64,000 nt of DNA from Candidatus Dormiibacterota bacterium (GCA_963830305.1 CAWHLW010000005.1:2473-66472), one strand, 5' to 3'; shown: positions 18,012 through 28,958, counted from the first letter of the stretch. Program-made: numbers and translations. The notes: generated by a model not told the origin, from the letters alone.

Positions 18012-18470
18012 ATGTTGACCTGGATGTGGGTGGTCTGGTTGATTGCCGGCCTCGTTCTCGTGGGCCTGGAAGTGCACACCCAGGCGTTCTACTCGCTCTT
18101 CCTCGCGCTGGGCGCGTTCGCGGCGACGGTGGTCGCACTGTTCCCGACGGATGTATGGCTGCAAGCAGTCGTCGCAGCCGCCGTTGCCATCGTGGGCACC
18201 CTGGCCGTCCGGCCGACTCTTGCCCGACTCTCGGCGAAGCACCTCGGTCCCAGGCTCACCATGCCCGGTGCGTCTGACAACCTGGTCGGACAGGCCGCGC
18301 TGACCCTCGAGCCCGTGGGCGATGAGAATCATCCTGGCCACGCCAGGCTCTTCAATGAAAAGTGGCTGGCTTTCACCACGAGCCCGGGTGGCGTCCCGGC
18401 GCACCAGCAGGTTACCGTCGTGGAAGTTCGCGGCACCACACTCGTGGTCGCCCCGCCCAAGGGAGGCTGA
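18012..18470 (+). CDS. NfeD family membrane protein
   Basis: 152 aa. Three N-terminal hydrophobic helices plus a C-terminal OB-like domain (GQAALTLEPV...GHARLFNEKWLA). Precedes an SPFH gene, which is the classic pairing. Confidence 0.8.
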   Translation: MLTWMWVVWLIAGLVLVGLEVHTQAFYSLFLALGAFAATVVALFPTDVWLQAVVAAAVAIVGTLAVRPTLARLSAKHLGPRLTMPGASDNLVGQAALTLEPVGDENHPGHARLFNEKWLAFTTSPGGVPAHQQVTVVEVRGTTLVVAPPKGG

Positions 18471-18474
18471 CTCA

Positions 18475-19440
18475 GTGGACAACAGCGGTCTGGTCACGGC
18501 GATCATCGTCGTCGTCCTGCTCATCGTGGTGGCGATCCTCGTCGGCGGTGCAGTGCGTGTCGTACCGCAGGGATTCGCCGGAGTGGTCACTCGTTTTGGA
18601 CGGTTTCGGCGGGAATCACAAGCCGGTTTGACCATCATCACGCCGTTCATCGACAAGTTGCTCCGGGTTGACATGCGCGAGACGCCGCGTACCGGTGACC
18701 GTCAGGACGTGATCACGCGCGACAACGTCGCGGTGGCCGTGAACGCCACGATCTTCAGCCAGGTGATCGAGCCGAGGGCTGCGCTGTTCAACGTGTCCGA
18801 CTACCTCGTCGCCATCGACCAGCAAGCCCGTACCACGTTGCGTAATGCATTCGGCAACGTCAGCCTCGATGAGGCGCTGTCCTCTCGCGAGCAGATCAAT
18901 GCCGCCATGCAGCAGCAGATGGAACAGGTCACCGACAAGTGGGGGATCCGGATCAACCGCATCGAGATCGTCGACATCTCGCCGCCGGTGCAGATCCTCC
19001 AGGCGATGGCGCTGCAGAAGCAGGCCGACCAGGAGAAGCGCGCACGCATCCTGCAGTCGGAAGGCCAGCAGCAGTCGGCGGTCAACATCGCAGACGGCAA
19101 CCGGCAGGCCGCGATCAAGCAGGCGGAAGGCGAGCGGCAGGCGGCCATCCTTCGAGCGGAAGGCAACCGGCAGGCCGCCATCCTCGAAGCCGAGGGTCGC
19201 GCCCAGGCGATCTCCACCGTGTACGGATCGATCAAGGCAGCGCAGCCGGATCCCACGCTGGTCGCCATCCTCCAGCTCGACACCTTGACGAAGTTCGCGG
19301 AGAGCCCCAACGCCAAGCTCGTGGTCCCGGCAGAGACGTCCGGGCTCCTCGGCGCGGCGCAGGTCCTGCGTAGCGTGCTCGGTGATGCGCCGGGGCTCGA
19401 ACCCCCGACCGTCGTCACCGTGCCACCGTCCAGTAGCTGA
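18475..19440 (+). CDS. SPFH/band 7 (stomatin-like) family protein
   Basis: GTG preceded by GGGAGG. TM segment followed by VRVVPQGFAGVVTRFGRF...DVITRDNVAVAVNATIF. Coiled-coil QAAI/AEG repeats at the C-terminus. Confidence 0.9.
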   Translation: MDNSGLVTAIIVVVLLIVVAILVGGAVRVVPQGFAGVVTRFGRFRRESQAGLTIITPFIDKLLRVDMRETPRTGDRQDVITRDNVAVAVNATIFSQVIEPRAALFNVSDYLVAIDQQARTTLRNAFGNVSLDEALSSREQINAAMQQQMEQVTDKWGIRINRIEIVDISPPVQILQAMALQKQADQEKRARILQSEGQQQSAVNIADGNRQAAIKQAEGERQAAILRAEGNRQAAILEAEGRAQAISTVYGSIKAAQPDPTLVAILQLDTLTKFAESPNAKLVVPAETSGLLGAAQVLRSVLGDAPGLEPPTVVTVPPSSS

Positions 19441-19454
19441 GCGGTTCCTCGCCG

Positions 19455-20822
19455 GTGGCCGGGCAGCGTTCACTCTTCGGCGCCGACCCGGTCAGCCCTG
19501 ACGAGTCGTCGAGCGCGAACGCTCACGCTCCGCTGGCTACGCGGATGCGCCCGCGGACGTTCGATGAGTTCGTCGGCCAGCATCGCGCCATCGGCGCCGG
19601 GACCGTCCTGCGCAGGGCAGTCGATGCCGGCGAGGTGCCCTCGCTGATCCTCTGGGGTCCGCCCGGGAGCGGCAAGACCACGCTCGCCGCGCTCATCGCG
19701 GGCGCAAGCAATGCGAGCTTCGAGGCGGTGAGCGCAACGAGCGCCGGCGTCGCCGACCTGCGAAAGGTGGTCGAGCGAGCCCGCGAGCGTCTGCGAACAG
19801 GGCGAAGGACCGTGCTCTTCATCGACGAGATCCATCGCTTCAACAAGGGCCAGCAGGACGCGGTGCTGCCCCACGTGGAGAACGCGACCGTCACGCTGCT
19901 CGGTGCCACCACAGAGAACCCGTCCTTCGAGGTCAACGCCGCCCTGCTGTCGCGGAGCCGCGTCATCCGGCTCGAGGCGCTCGAAGCCGCGGACCTGCGC
20001 AAGCTCATCGACCGCGCGCTCACGGACAGCGATCGCGGGCTGGGCAGTCAGCACGTCGCCGTCGATCCCGACGCCATCGACCGCCTGGTTTCGCTGTGCG
20101 GCGGCGACGCGCGCATCGCCCTCAACTCACTCGAGCTCGCCGTCCAGGCTGCTGCCCCGGACGCCGCGGGAGCGGTGCGGGTGACCGCGGCTGACATCGA
20201 GGGTGCCCTGCAGAACCCGGCACTTCTCTATGACCGAGCGGGCGATCAGCACTACTGGCTGATCTCGGCATTCATCAAATCGGTCCGAGGGAGCGACCCC
20301 GACGCAGCGGTGTACTGGCTCGCGCGGATGCTCGAAGCCGGCGAGGATCCGCTCTTCGTTGCCCGCAGGATGGTGATCCTCGCCGCCGAGGACATCGGGC
20401 TCGCCGATCCGGACGCCCTGAGCGTCGCGGTTGCGGCGCAGCAGGCTGCGCACTTCATCGGGATGCCCGAGGGATTCCTCCCGCTCACCGAGGCGGCGCT
20501 GTACCTTGCCGCGGCTCCAAAGAGCAACAGCGCGCTTCGCGCCTACGTCGCGGCGTCGGCGGACGTGGCCGAGACCCTGCACCAGCCGGTGCCGCTGCAC
20601 CTCCGCAACGCCGTGACCGGCCTCGGCCGGGCCATGGGGTATGGCACCGGGTACCGTTACGCCCACGACCACGAGGGGGGAGTGGTGGAGCAGGAGCACC
20701 TGCCCGAGTTGCTGCGTGGGCACCGGTATTACGACCCTTCGGACCACGGCGCCGAGGAGACGGTCGCACGACGGCTCGAATCGAATCGGGAAGCGCTGGA
20801 TCGGCGCCGGGAGCGGTCTTAA
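19455..20822 (+). CDS. rarA: replication-associated recombination protein A (AAA ATPase)
   Basis: 455 aa. Walker A GPPGSGKTT, FIDEIHRFNKGQQD, and the MgsA C-terminal domain (HYWLISAFIKSVRGSDPDAAVYWLARML). Confidence 0.9.
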   Translation: MAGQRSLFGADPVSPDESSSANAHAPLATRMRPRTFDEFVGQHRAIGAGTVLRRAVDAGEVPSLILWGPPGSGKTTLAALIAGASNASFEAVSATSAGVADLRKVVERARERLRTGRRTVLFIDEIHRFNKGQQDAVLPHVENATVTLLGATTENPSFEVNAALLSRSRVIRLEALEAADLRKLIDRALTDSDRGLGSQHVAVDPDAIDRLVSLCGGDARIALNSLELAVQAAAPDAAGAVRVTAADIEGALQNPALLYDRAGDQHYWLISAFIKSVRGSDPDAAVYWLARMLEAGEDPLFVARRMVILAAEDIGLADPDALSVAVAAQQAAHFIGMPEGFLPLTEAALYLAAAPKSNSALRAYVAASADVAETLHQPVPLHLRNAVTGLGRAMGYGTGYRYAHDHEGGVVEQEHLPELLRGHRYYDPSDHGAEETVARRLESNREALDRRRERS

Positions 20823-21060
20823 GACGATTGGCCTAGCAACGCCGGGATAGCGGCGGGCTGACTATCGTCGCGACGGGAATTCACCTCTTTCGAAACGCAA
20901 GTCCCCCTGATAGGCGGGCGGGCGCCGACCCAGTTCAGTGGTTTACCCTCGCGGGCTCCCCCTCCCCGCGGCACCGGGTGTATCGCGGTTCTGCTGGGTC
21001 GGTGCCACCGCCGACTTCTTTCTCAAATACGAGAGATATCGGTTAGGCTGGGCCACGACT

Positions 21061-21702
21061 GTGGACGTTACGCAACCCATTCCCATTCGAGTGCTCATTG
21101 TCGATGACCACCCGTTGGTGAGGCGAGGGCTGACGTCCCTCCTCAACGGGACCACCGATATCAAGGTCGTCGGCGCGGCGTCGGACGGCGAGGAGGCGGT
21201 GGCGTACGCCGTCGAGGAGCACCCCGACATCGTGCTGATGGACATCTCGATGCCGGGAATGAACGGCTTCGAGGCGCTCCGACGGATGCTCAAGGCGGTG
21301 GCCGGCACCAAGGTTGTGATGCTCACGTCGTACTCCGAGCACGACATGGTCGTCGAGGCGATCGACAACGGAGCGGTCGGCTTCCTCCTCAAGGACACCG
21401 AGCCACAGGAGCTCCTCAACGGCATCCGCTCGGCCGCGAAGGGAGACACGCCGCTGTCGCCCAAGGCGGCCAAAGAACTGCTCCGCGACCGGATCAAGCG
21501 CCGCCCGCTCGACGACCTCACCCAGCGCGAGCTTGACGTGCTCACGCTTGTCGGCCGGGGCATGAGCAACAAGCAGATCGCCTGGCGCCTCGGCATCAGC
21601 GAGAAAACGGTCAAGGCTCACTTGGGTTCGGTGTTTGATCGCCTCGGCGTCGAGGACCGGGTCCAGGCGGCGCTCTGGGCACAGCGCCACGGGATCATCT
21701 AG
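21061..21702 (+). CDS. LuxR/NarL-family response regulator (no adjacent kinase)
   Basis: I chose the GTG giving VDVTQPIPIRVLIVDDHP. Receiver motif DIVLMDISMPGMNG. LuxR HTH LTQRELDVLTLVGRGMSNKQIAWRLGISEKTVKAH. Confidence 0.85.
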   Translation: MDVTQPIPIRVLIVDDHPLVRRGLTSLLNGTTDIKVVGAASDGEEAVAYAVEEHPDIVLMDISMPGMNGFEALRRMLKAVAGTKVVMLTSYSEHDMVVEAIDNGAVGFLLKDTEPQELLNGIRSAAKGDTPLSPKAAKELLRDRIKRRPLDDLTQRELDVLTLVGRGMSNKQIAWRLGISEKTVKAHLGSVFDRLGVEDRVQAALWAQRHGII

Positions 21703-21728
21703 CCCGGCTTCAGGCCCGTGCCTCGCGA

Positions 21729-22961
21729 CTAGGCCGGCGTCGATGCCGCGACGATCGCCCGGCTGAAGGCCGCCACGGACTGCTCGAGGTCGGCGATCGT
21801 GTGCACCGACGAGCAGAACGCGCTCGTGTTCAGGATGTCGACTCCCTCCGCGCGCATCGCATTGGCGATTCGCGCCTGCGCGGTGGCTTCGCCCAGGAAG
21901 ATGTGCAGGATGCTCGACAGGCGCCGGATGGTCCCCGGGATGCCGGCCGCCTCGAGGGCAGCCGTCCACTCGACAGCGAGGCTCATCGCGTATTCCTCGG
22001 CCAAGCGGCCGGCAGCGCCGTCGGCCACCACGCGCAGCGTCGCGATCCCGGCGGCTGCACTCAACGGATTGGCATTGAAGGTGCCCGGGTGGGCGATTGT
22101 CGTGGCCAGCAGTTCGAGCAGGTCGGCCCGCCCGGCGACGGCACCCGCTGGCAGGCCACCTGCCATCACCTTGCCGAGCACGCTGATGTCGGGGGTGATC
22201 CCGAGCACCACCTGCATGCCACCGGTGGAGACGCGGAAGCCGGTGACCACCTCGTCGAAGATGAGCACCGTGCCTGTCGCCGTGCACGCTGCGCGGGCGG
22301 CAGCGATGAACGAAGGGTCGAGCGGCAGCTGGCCGTAGTGCGCCCCCGAGGGCTCCACGATCACAGCAGCAACATCGGCGCGGCCGAGGGTTGCGACGAG
22401 GTCGGCAGGATCATCGCTGCGGACGACGGTGGTGAGCAGACCAAGCGCCTCGGGTACGCCGATCGGGGTCCGGGTGTTGCCGTCAGCGTCGAGGTATGGG
22501 CTCACTGCATCGGACCAGCCGTGGAAGTGGTCCTGGAGCTTGACGATGCGATCGCGACCCGTCGCCGCCCTGGCCACTCGCAGCGCGAGCATCACCGCCT
22601 CGGTGCCGGATGCCGTAAATCGAACTTTCTCAGCCGACGGCACGAGCGACACGATCTGTTCCGCCCATTCGACCTCGAGCGGATGCGCAGCGCCGTAGTG
22701 TGTCCCACGCGACACCTGCTCCTGCACCGCCGCGACCACTGCGGGGGGCGCGTGCCCGAGGAGCAGCGCCCCGTGACCCATCGTGTAGTCGATCAACTCG
22801 GTGCCATCGATGAGCCACTTCCTCGAGCCGCTTGACCGCGCCACGTAGATCCGCGGATCGTAGGTTCGCGACGCATGCGTGGCTCCGCCGGGGAGCACCT
22901 GACGCGCCCGTTCGGCGAGATCCGCGTGGGCGCGCGTGTGGACGGCGTCGGTCACGGACAC
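21729..22961 (-). CDS. class III (PLP) aminotransferase, glutamate-1-semialdehyde aminomutase-like
   Basis: 410 aa. Motifs VLPGG, FTASGTEAVMLALRVARAATGRDRIVK, FDEVVTGFR and LGKVMAGG (PLP Lys). Confidence 0.85.
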   Translation of the reverse strand: MSVTDAVHTRAHADLAERARQVLPGGATHASRTYDPRIYVARSSGSRKWLIDGTELIDYTMGHGALLLGHAPPAVVAAVQEQVSRGTHYGAAHPLEVEWAEQIVSLVPSAEKVRFTASGTEAVMLALRVARAATGRDRIVKLQDHFHGWSDAVSPYLDADGNTRTPIGVPEALGLLTTVVRSDDPADLVATLGRADVAAVIVEPSGAHYGQLPLDPSFIAAARAACTATGTVLIFDEVVTGFRVSTGGMQVVLGITPDISVLGKVMAGGLPAGAVAGRADLLELLATTIAHPGTFNANPLSAAAGIATLRVVADGAAGRLAEEYAMSLAVEWTAALEAAGIPGTIRRLSSILHIFLGEATAQARIANAMRAEGVDILNTSAFCSSVHTIADLEQSVAAFSRAIVAASTPA

Positions 22962-22980
22962 GCCGAGAGGATACCCGGCA

Positions 22981-23054
22981 TGGAGGCGACGGTGGGAATC
23001 GAACCCACGGTCAGGGTTTTGCAGACCCGTGCCTTACCACTTGGCTACGTCGCC
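22981..23054 (-). tRNA. tRNA-Cys (anticodon GCA)
   Basis: The reverse complement folds as a cloverleaf: acceptor GGCGACG/CGTCGCC, D-arm GCC-AAGTGGTAA-GGC, anticodon loop CT-GCA-AA, T-arm GTGGG-TTCGATT-CCCAC, discriminator U73 (Cys identity element), encoded CCA. Confidence 0.9.
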
Positions 23055-23168
23055 TCGTAACCTGGAACTCGACATTGTCGCCGAAGGACCCACGCACGCA
23101 GCCACTCCTTGCGAGACGGTCTGGCGTCACACGGCTTGTAGACTCGACCTGATGCGGAGAGAGCGTCA

Positions 23169-24161
<993 letters not shown>

Positions 24162-24279
24162 ACCCGGTCGCGCGGCTCGTTCCTCGTCCTTTTGGCCACT
24201 CGCGGTTTCGTCAACGCGCTCCGAGTGCGTCTCACGGTGGGTACGATTCGGATCGCACGGGGTTTTGATAGGAGACGGC

Positions 24280-27200
24280 GTGGTCTGTTCGAACTGCGGC
24301 GAGAGCAACGCTCCGGAGCGCAAGTTCTGCGCCGAGTGCGGGGCGCCACTGGCACGCGTCTGCACCGCCTGCGGCGCGACCAACGTCGTCGGAGCAAAAT
24401 TCTGTGGGGAGTGCGGGGCCGCGATCGCCACTCCCGACATGGCGCCGGCAGGGGCATCGAGCGCCAGCAGCCCGGTCGCTCCCTCATCCACGGTGGTTGC
24501 CGAGATCCGTCTCGTCTCGGTGCTGTTCGCCGACCTGGTCGGATTCACGACGCTCTCCGAATCCCGCGACCCCGAAGAGGTTCGCGATCTGCTGTCCCGG
24601 TACTTCGACGTCTGTCGCGCCCTCATCGAGCGCTACGGCGGCACGGTCGAGAAGTTCATCGGCGACGCCGTCATGGCGGTATGGGGAGCGCCGGCAGCCA
24701 CCGAGGACGATGCCGAGCGCGCGGTACGGACGGCCCTGGAGATCGTGGCTGCCGTGGCGGCGCTTGGCGCAGAAGTCGGTGCCCCGACCCTGATGGCTCG
24801 GGCGGGGGTCACCACCGGCGATGCAGCCGTGACCTTGGGGGTGACGGGTCAGGGTATGGTCGCCGGCGACCTCGTGAACACGGCCTCCCGGGTGCAGTCG
24901 GCTGCTCCGCCAGGGACGGTCCTGGTCAGCGAGGCAACGATGCGAGCTGCCGGCCCGGCGATCGCGTTCGCCGCCCGCGATGCCCTGACCCTGAAGGGCA
25001 AGGCGGAGCCGGTCCCGGTGTGGGAGGCGGAGCGAGTGGTGGCGCAGCGCCGTGGCGTGGGACGATCGCATCGGGCGGAACCACCGTTCGTCGGCCGGGA
25101 AGAGGAGCTACGCCTTCTCAAGGAGTTACTCCACGCGACAACGCGGGAGCAGCGGGTTCGCCTCGTCTCGGTGACCGGTCTCGCCGGGATCGGCAAGAGC
25201 CGCCTTGCCTGGGAGTTCCTCAAATACATCGACGGCCTCGCAGCAACCATCTACTGGCAGCAGGGCCGATCCCCGTCCTACGGTGAGGGGGCCAGCTTCT
25301 GGGCGCTCGGGGAAATGGTGCGGATGCGCGCGGGGATCACAGAAGGGGAAGCCCCGTCCCCGGCGCGCACGAAGCTGTCGGCGTCGGTCGCCGAATTCAT
25401 CTCCGACCCGGAGGAGCGACGCTGGGTCGACCAGGCGCTGGCGTACCTGCTCGGTCTTGCCGATCCGCCCGGAGGAGACCGCGAGGAGCTCTTCTCCGCG
25501 TGGCGGACCTTCTTCGAGCGCATTGCGGATCGCGGGCCGACGGTGCTGGTCTTCGAGGATCTGCAATGGGCGGACCCGGGGCTGATCGACTTCATCGAGT
25601 CGATCGTCGAGTGGTCGCGGACCCGGCCGCTGTTCGTGCTGACCCTGTCGCGACCTGAACTCATCCAGCGGCGTCCGACGTGGGGAGCAGGGCAGCGCTC
25701 CTTCACGGCCCTGCACCTCGAACCGCTGGAAGCGCCGGCGATGAGAGCACTGCTTCGTGGCTTCGTCGCCGGCCTGCCTGAGGCGATCGTTGAGCAAGTG
25801 CTGGAGCGTTCGGAGGGCGTTCCGCTTTATGCCGTCGAGACGATCCGCATGCTCGTTGACCGCGGTGAGTTGGTGGAGCGCGACGGAGTGCTGAGCGTGG
25901 CGGGGACGCTCGGTCCGCTGGACATCCCCGACACGCTGCATGCGCTGATCGCTTCTCGGCTCGACGGCGTGCCGCCGGAGGAACGTTTGCTGCTCCAGAA
26001 CGCATCGGTGATCGGTCAGCGCTTCTCCGTGGGAGCGCTGGCAGCAGTATCGGGCCGCGACCCGGCCTCGCTCGCCGCCCCACTGCGCGACCTGGTACGC
26101 AAGGAATTGCTTGTCCTGATCACCGACCCGCGATCGCCGGAACGGGGCCAGTACGGCTTCGTCCAGGGGCTCATCCGCGAGGTTGCCTACGGAACGCTGG
26201 CCAGGCCCGAGCGCCGGGCGAAGCACGTGTCCGCAGCTGCGTATTTCGAGGGAATGGATGACGAGGAACTGGTGGGTGTGGTGGCGACGCATTACGTGGA
26301 GGCGCAACGAGCCACCGCCGAGGGTCCCGAGCGGGACGCGCTCACCGCCAGAGCGCGTGAGTGGCTCACGTCGGCGGCACGCCGCGCGCTGGCACTCGGA
26401 TCGGCCGGGCAGGCGCTCGTCTACCTCGAGGACGCGTTGGCGCTGACGGATGACGCTGCGGCGCGCGCGGCATTGCTCGACATGGCCGGTGATGCCGCTT
26501 TCAGGACCGACGCATTCGAGCGCTCGGTCGCGCACTACGAGGCGGCGATGAGCTTGCACACCTCCGCCGGCGACGTCGATGCCGCGGGCCACAGCATGGC
26601 GCGTCTGGCGTGGGTCATCGGCGAGGGACTGTTGCGCGTTTCCGACGCCATCTCGAGAACAGAGCAAGCGCTCGCCGAACTCGGAGAATCGGGGAGCGAC
26701 CGTACCCGCGCCGACCTCGCCGCGACGCTCGCCTCCCTACAGAGCACATCCGGCGACTCGGAGCGGGCGCTCGTCTGGGCCGAGACTGCCTGCAAGCTCG
26801 CTGAAAGCATCGACGACAACGAATTGTTCTCACGCGCGATCGGCGCAAAGTCCGCTGCGCTGTTCAGACTTGGCCGCCACCGCGAAGCGCTCATGCTCGC
26901 ACGCGGACGCGTGGCTCTTGCGGAGGCAGCCGGGTCGCTCGTCGAGCAGGCCGTGGCCATCCTCTACACGTCCATCTTCGCGATCGATGACGACCCGCAT
27001 GAAGGGATCCGGCTGCAGCTCGAGGCGGCCGACCTGGCACGACGAGCCGGCCATCGCAGCCTCGAGTCTGTGAACCTCATCAACGCCGCGGAAGGTGCGA
27101 TTGGCCTCGGGCGCTGGGACGAGGCTCGCGCGGCCCTTGACGCGCTCAGCCAGCAGGACCTTCCGGCCGCCCGCCAGACGCAACTCCAGCTGAACGAAGC

Positions 27201-27789
27201 CGTGCTGGCCGCCTGGAGCGGCAATACAACGCTCGCTCTCGAGCGGCTCGCGACGGCGTTCGAGGCGGCGGGAGCCGAGGATATGACGGCGCGTTCCAAC
27301 AACTATCTGGGCAGGTGTCAAACGCACCTCGCCACCGGCGACCTGGAGACCGCCTTCGAGGAAGCGACAATCTCCTTTGACGCAGAGCCCTCCGGCATCA
27401 ATGCCCCGGCGGCACTTGCTGTGCAGATGCGGGCGGCGCTCTGGCTCGGTGATCCCGCGCGAGCCCGCGCGGCCCGCGACCGCATGCACGCCTTTCGGGG
27501 CCGCTGGGTGGGTGCCAACGGGCTCACCGCAGACGCAGGCATCGCAGCCCTCGAAGGACGGGGGGATGACGCCGCGGCCGGCTACGCTCGAGCGCTCGAA
27601 GCATGGCGCACCCTCGACGCGCCTCTGGACCTCGCGCTCTGCGCCCTTGACCGTGCTGTCCTGCGGAGCTCCGTCGTCGCGCCGGACGGCGAGGATGACG
27701 AGGCGCGTGAGATCTTCAGAAGCCTCGGTGCAGTCCCGCTCCTGGCGCGACTCGATCGTGCGAGTTCGGCCGCGAGCAAGGCCGGATAA
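24280..27789 (+). CDS. double zinc ribbon / class III adenylate-guanylate cyclase / AAA(P-loop) / TPR-like signalling protein
   Basis: GTG after GGAGAC. The upstream part of the 1275-aa ORF overlaps the AKR gene. Four CxxC pairs (CSNCG, CAECG, CTACG, CGECG). Cyclase core SVLFADLVGFT...FIGDAVMAVWG...GDLVNTASR. P-loop GLAGIGKS. Long helical-repeat C-terminus. Confidence 0.85.
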   Translation: MVCSNCGESNAPERKFCAECGAPLARVCTACGATNVVGAKFCGECGAAIATPDMAPAGASSASSPVAPSSTVVAEIRLVSVLFADLVGFTTLSESRDPEEVRDLLSRYFDVCRALIERYGGTVEKFIGDAVMAVWGAPAATEDDAERAVRTALEIVAAVAALGAEVGAPTLMARAGVTTGDAAVTLGVTGQGMVAGDLVNTASRVQSAAPPGTVLVSEATMRAAGPAIAFAARDALTLKGKAEPVPVWEAERVVAQRRGVGRSHRAEPPFVGREEELRLLKELLHATTREQRVRLVSVTGLAGIGKSRLAWEFLKYIDGLAATIYWQQGRSPSYGEGASFWALGEMVRMRAGITEGEAPSPARTKLSASVAEFISDPEERRWVDQALAYLLGLADPPGGDREELFSAWRTFFERIADRGPTVLVFEDLQWADPGLIDFIESIVEWSRTRPLFVLTLSRPELIQRRPTWGAGQRSFTALHLEPLEAPAMRALLRGFVAGLPEAIVEQVLERSEGVPLYAVETIRMLVDRGELVERDGVLSVAGTLGPLDIPDTLHALIASRLDGVPPEERLLLQNASVIGQRFSVGALAAVSGRDPASLAAPLRDLVRKELLVLITDPRSPERGQYGFVQGLIREVAYGTLARPERRAKHVSAAAYFEGMDDEELVGVVATHYVEAQRATAEGPERDALTARAREWLTSAARRALALGSAGQALVYLEDALALTDDAAARAALLDMAGDAAFRTDAFERSVAHYEAAMSLHTSAGDVDAAGHSMARLAWVIGEGLLRVSDAISRTEQALAELGESGSDRTRADLAATLASLQSTSGDSERALVWAETACKLAESIDDNELFSRAIGAKSAALFRLGRHREALMLARGRVALAEAAGSLVEQAVAILYTSIFAIDDDPHEGIRLQLEAADLARRAGHRSLESVNLINAAEGAIGLGRWDEARAALDALSQQDLPAARQTQLQLNEAVLAAWSGNTTLALERLATAFEAAGAEDMTARSNNYLGRCQTHLATGDLETAFEEATISFDAEPSGINAPAALAVQMRAALWLGDPARARAARDRMHAFRGRWVGANGLTADAGIAALEGRGDDAAAGYARALEAWRTLDAPLDLALCALDRAVLRSSVVAPDGEDDEAREIFRSLGAVPLLARLDRASSAASKAG

Positions 27790-27806
27790 GGCGGCGATCC
27801 TGTCGC

Positions 27807-27834
27807 TTGCACCTTTTGACGCGTTCAGTAATAC
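27807..27834 (+). promoter_or_regulatory. candidate sigma-70-type promoter (TTGCAC-N16-TAATAC)
   Basis: Hexamers at 27807-27812 and 27829-27834 in an A/T-richer intergenic stretch, about 55 nt upstream of a small ORF. Confidence 0.25.
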
Positions 27835-27890
27835 TGTGATGAGGTGGCGCGGGGGCGCCGGAAGGGACTGATTCGACCGGGGGGTTCGGG

Positions 27891-28055
27891 ATGTCGACGA
27901 TGTCGACCAGTACGCGCCGTCAGCGCCGGATGCGGACGCTTGCGTCGCTCGGGGTCACCGTGGTGACCATCGCCCTGGTCGTCATGGTGGTGGAGCTCGT
28001 CGGCCACGAGGCCGGTCACCTCTTCTCGAAGGTTACCCAGGGACTGACGAGCTGA
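27891..28055 (+). CDS. possible small membrane protein (54 aa)
   Basis: MSTMSTSTRRQRRMRTLASLGVTVVTIALVVMVVELVGHEAGHLFSKVTQGLTS. Basic N-terminus plus one TM segment. Below the ORF-track cutoff. Its 3' end overlaps the convergent NmrA gene by about 23 nt. Confidence 0.3.
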   Translation: MSTMSTSTRRQRRMRTLASLGVTVVTIALVVMVVELVGHEAGHLFSKVTQGLTS

Positions 28056-28917
28056 CGACGTGGGCCAGGCTTTCGGGATTCGTCTCGATGTACCTGGCAA
28101 GGCCCACCGGATCGTGGCCGGTGAGGTTGCGCACGTCGTCGCTCACGAGCGAGAGCTCGTTTGCGGCGACGCTCGCATACGTCGTGACCCAACCGTCGAC
28201 CTCCCAGTCGGGTGCACCGTACTTGGCACGTGACGCATATGCCTCGTCCATGGTCTCGTTGTGAAAGCGAATCGATTTCCCGGAGATCCGGGACATCACG
28301 TCGGCTGCCTCGGTGAATGTGAATGCTTCAGGGCCGGTGAGGTTGTACGTCTTTCCAACATGGCTGTCGCCGAGCAGGGTGGCAACGGCGCTCTCCGCAA
28401 TATCGTCGCGCAGCACGGCGCCAACGCGGCCGTCGCCGGCGGGACCGGAGATGGTGCCGTCGGCTCCGACCAGGGCGGGGATGACGTCAACGTAAAAGGG
28501 CATGCGCAAAAACGTGAACTGGATGCCGCTGGCACGGATGTGCTGCTCGGTGGCGAAGTGGTCGCGACCGAACGTGAAGACCAGATTGGGCGAACCGTTC
28601 AGCCACGAGAGGTAGACGAGGCGGTGCACGCCGGCCGCCACGATCGCGTCGACGGCTGAGGCGTGCTCGGCAATGCGGGTTGCCGACTCATGCGCGGGGA
28701 TGAGAAATACCGTGTCCACGCCCTGTACTGCCCGGCGCATGTCATCTGTGGCCGCGTAGCCCGACACAACGCTGACCTCCGCGCCCTCCAACTGCGGCGC
28801 GCGGCCTGCGTCTCTGACGATCAACCGCTGACGCTCACCGCGAGCCGCGAGGAGCTTCGCAACGCGGCCGCCGACGTTGCCTGTCGCACCGGTGATCGCG
28901 ATAAGAGAGTCGCTCAT
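28033..28917 (-). CDS. NmrA-family / SDR-family NAD(P)H-binding oxidoreductase
   Basis: 294 aa. N-terminal ITGATGNVGG Rossmann motif and NmrA-like length and layout. Confidence 0.85.
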   Translation of the reverse strand: MSDSLIAITGATGNVGGRVAKLLAARGERQRLIVRDAGRAPQLEGAEVSVVSGYAATDDMRRAVQGVDTVFLIPAHESATRIAEHASAVDAIVAAGVHRLVYLSWLNGSPNLVFTFGRDHFATEQHIRASGIQFTFLRMPFYVDVIPALVGADGTISGPAGDGRVGAVLRDDIAESAVATLLGDSHVGKTYNLTGPEAFTFTEAADVMSRISGKSIRFHNETMDEAYASRAKYGAPDWEVDGWVTTYASVAANELSLVSDDVRNLTGHDPVGLARYIETNPESLAHVVSSSVPG

Positions 28918-28958
28918 ACCTCAGCGTCGATCACATCACGTGCTTGTTGGGGACCGGA

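Noticed and set aside
19040-19210. Apparent tandem repeat (QAAIKQAEGERQAAILRAEGNRQAAILEAEG)
   Set aside because: It is the coiled-coil C-terminus of the SPFH protein. This is a coding periodicity, not an independent DNA repeat element.
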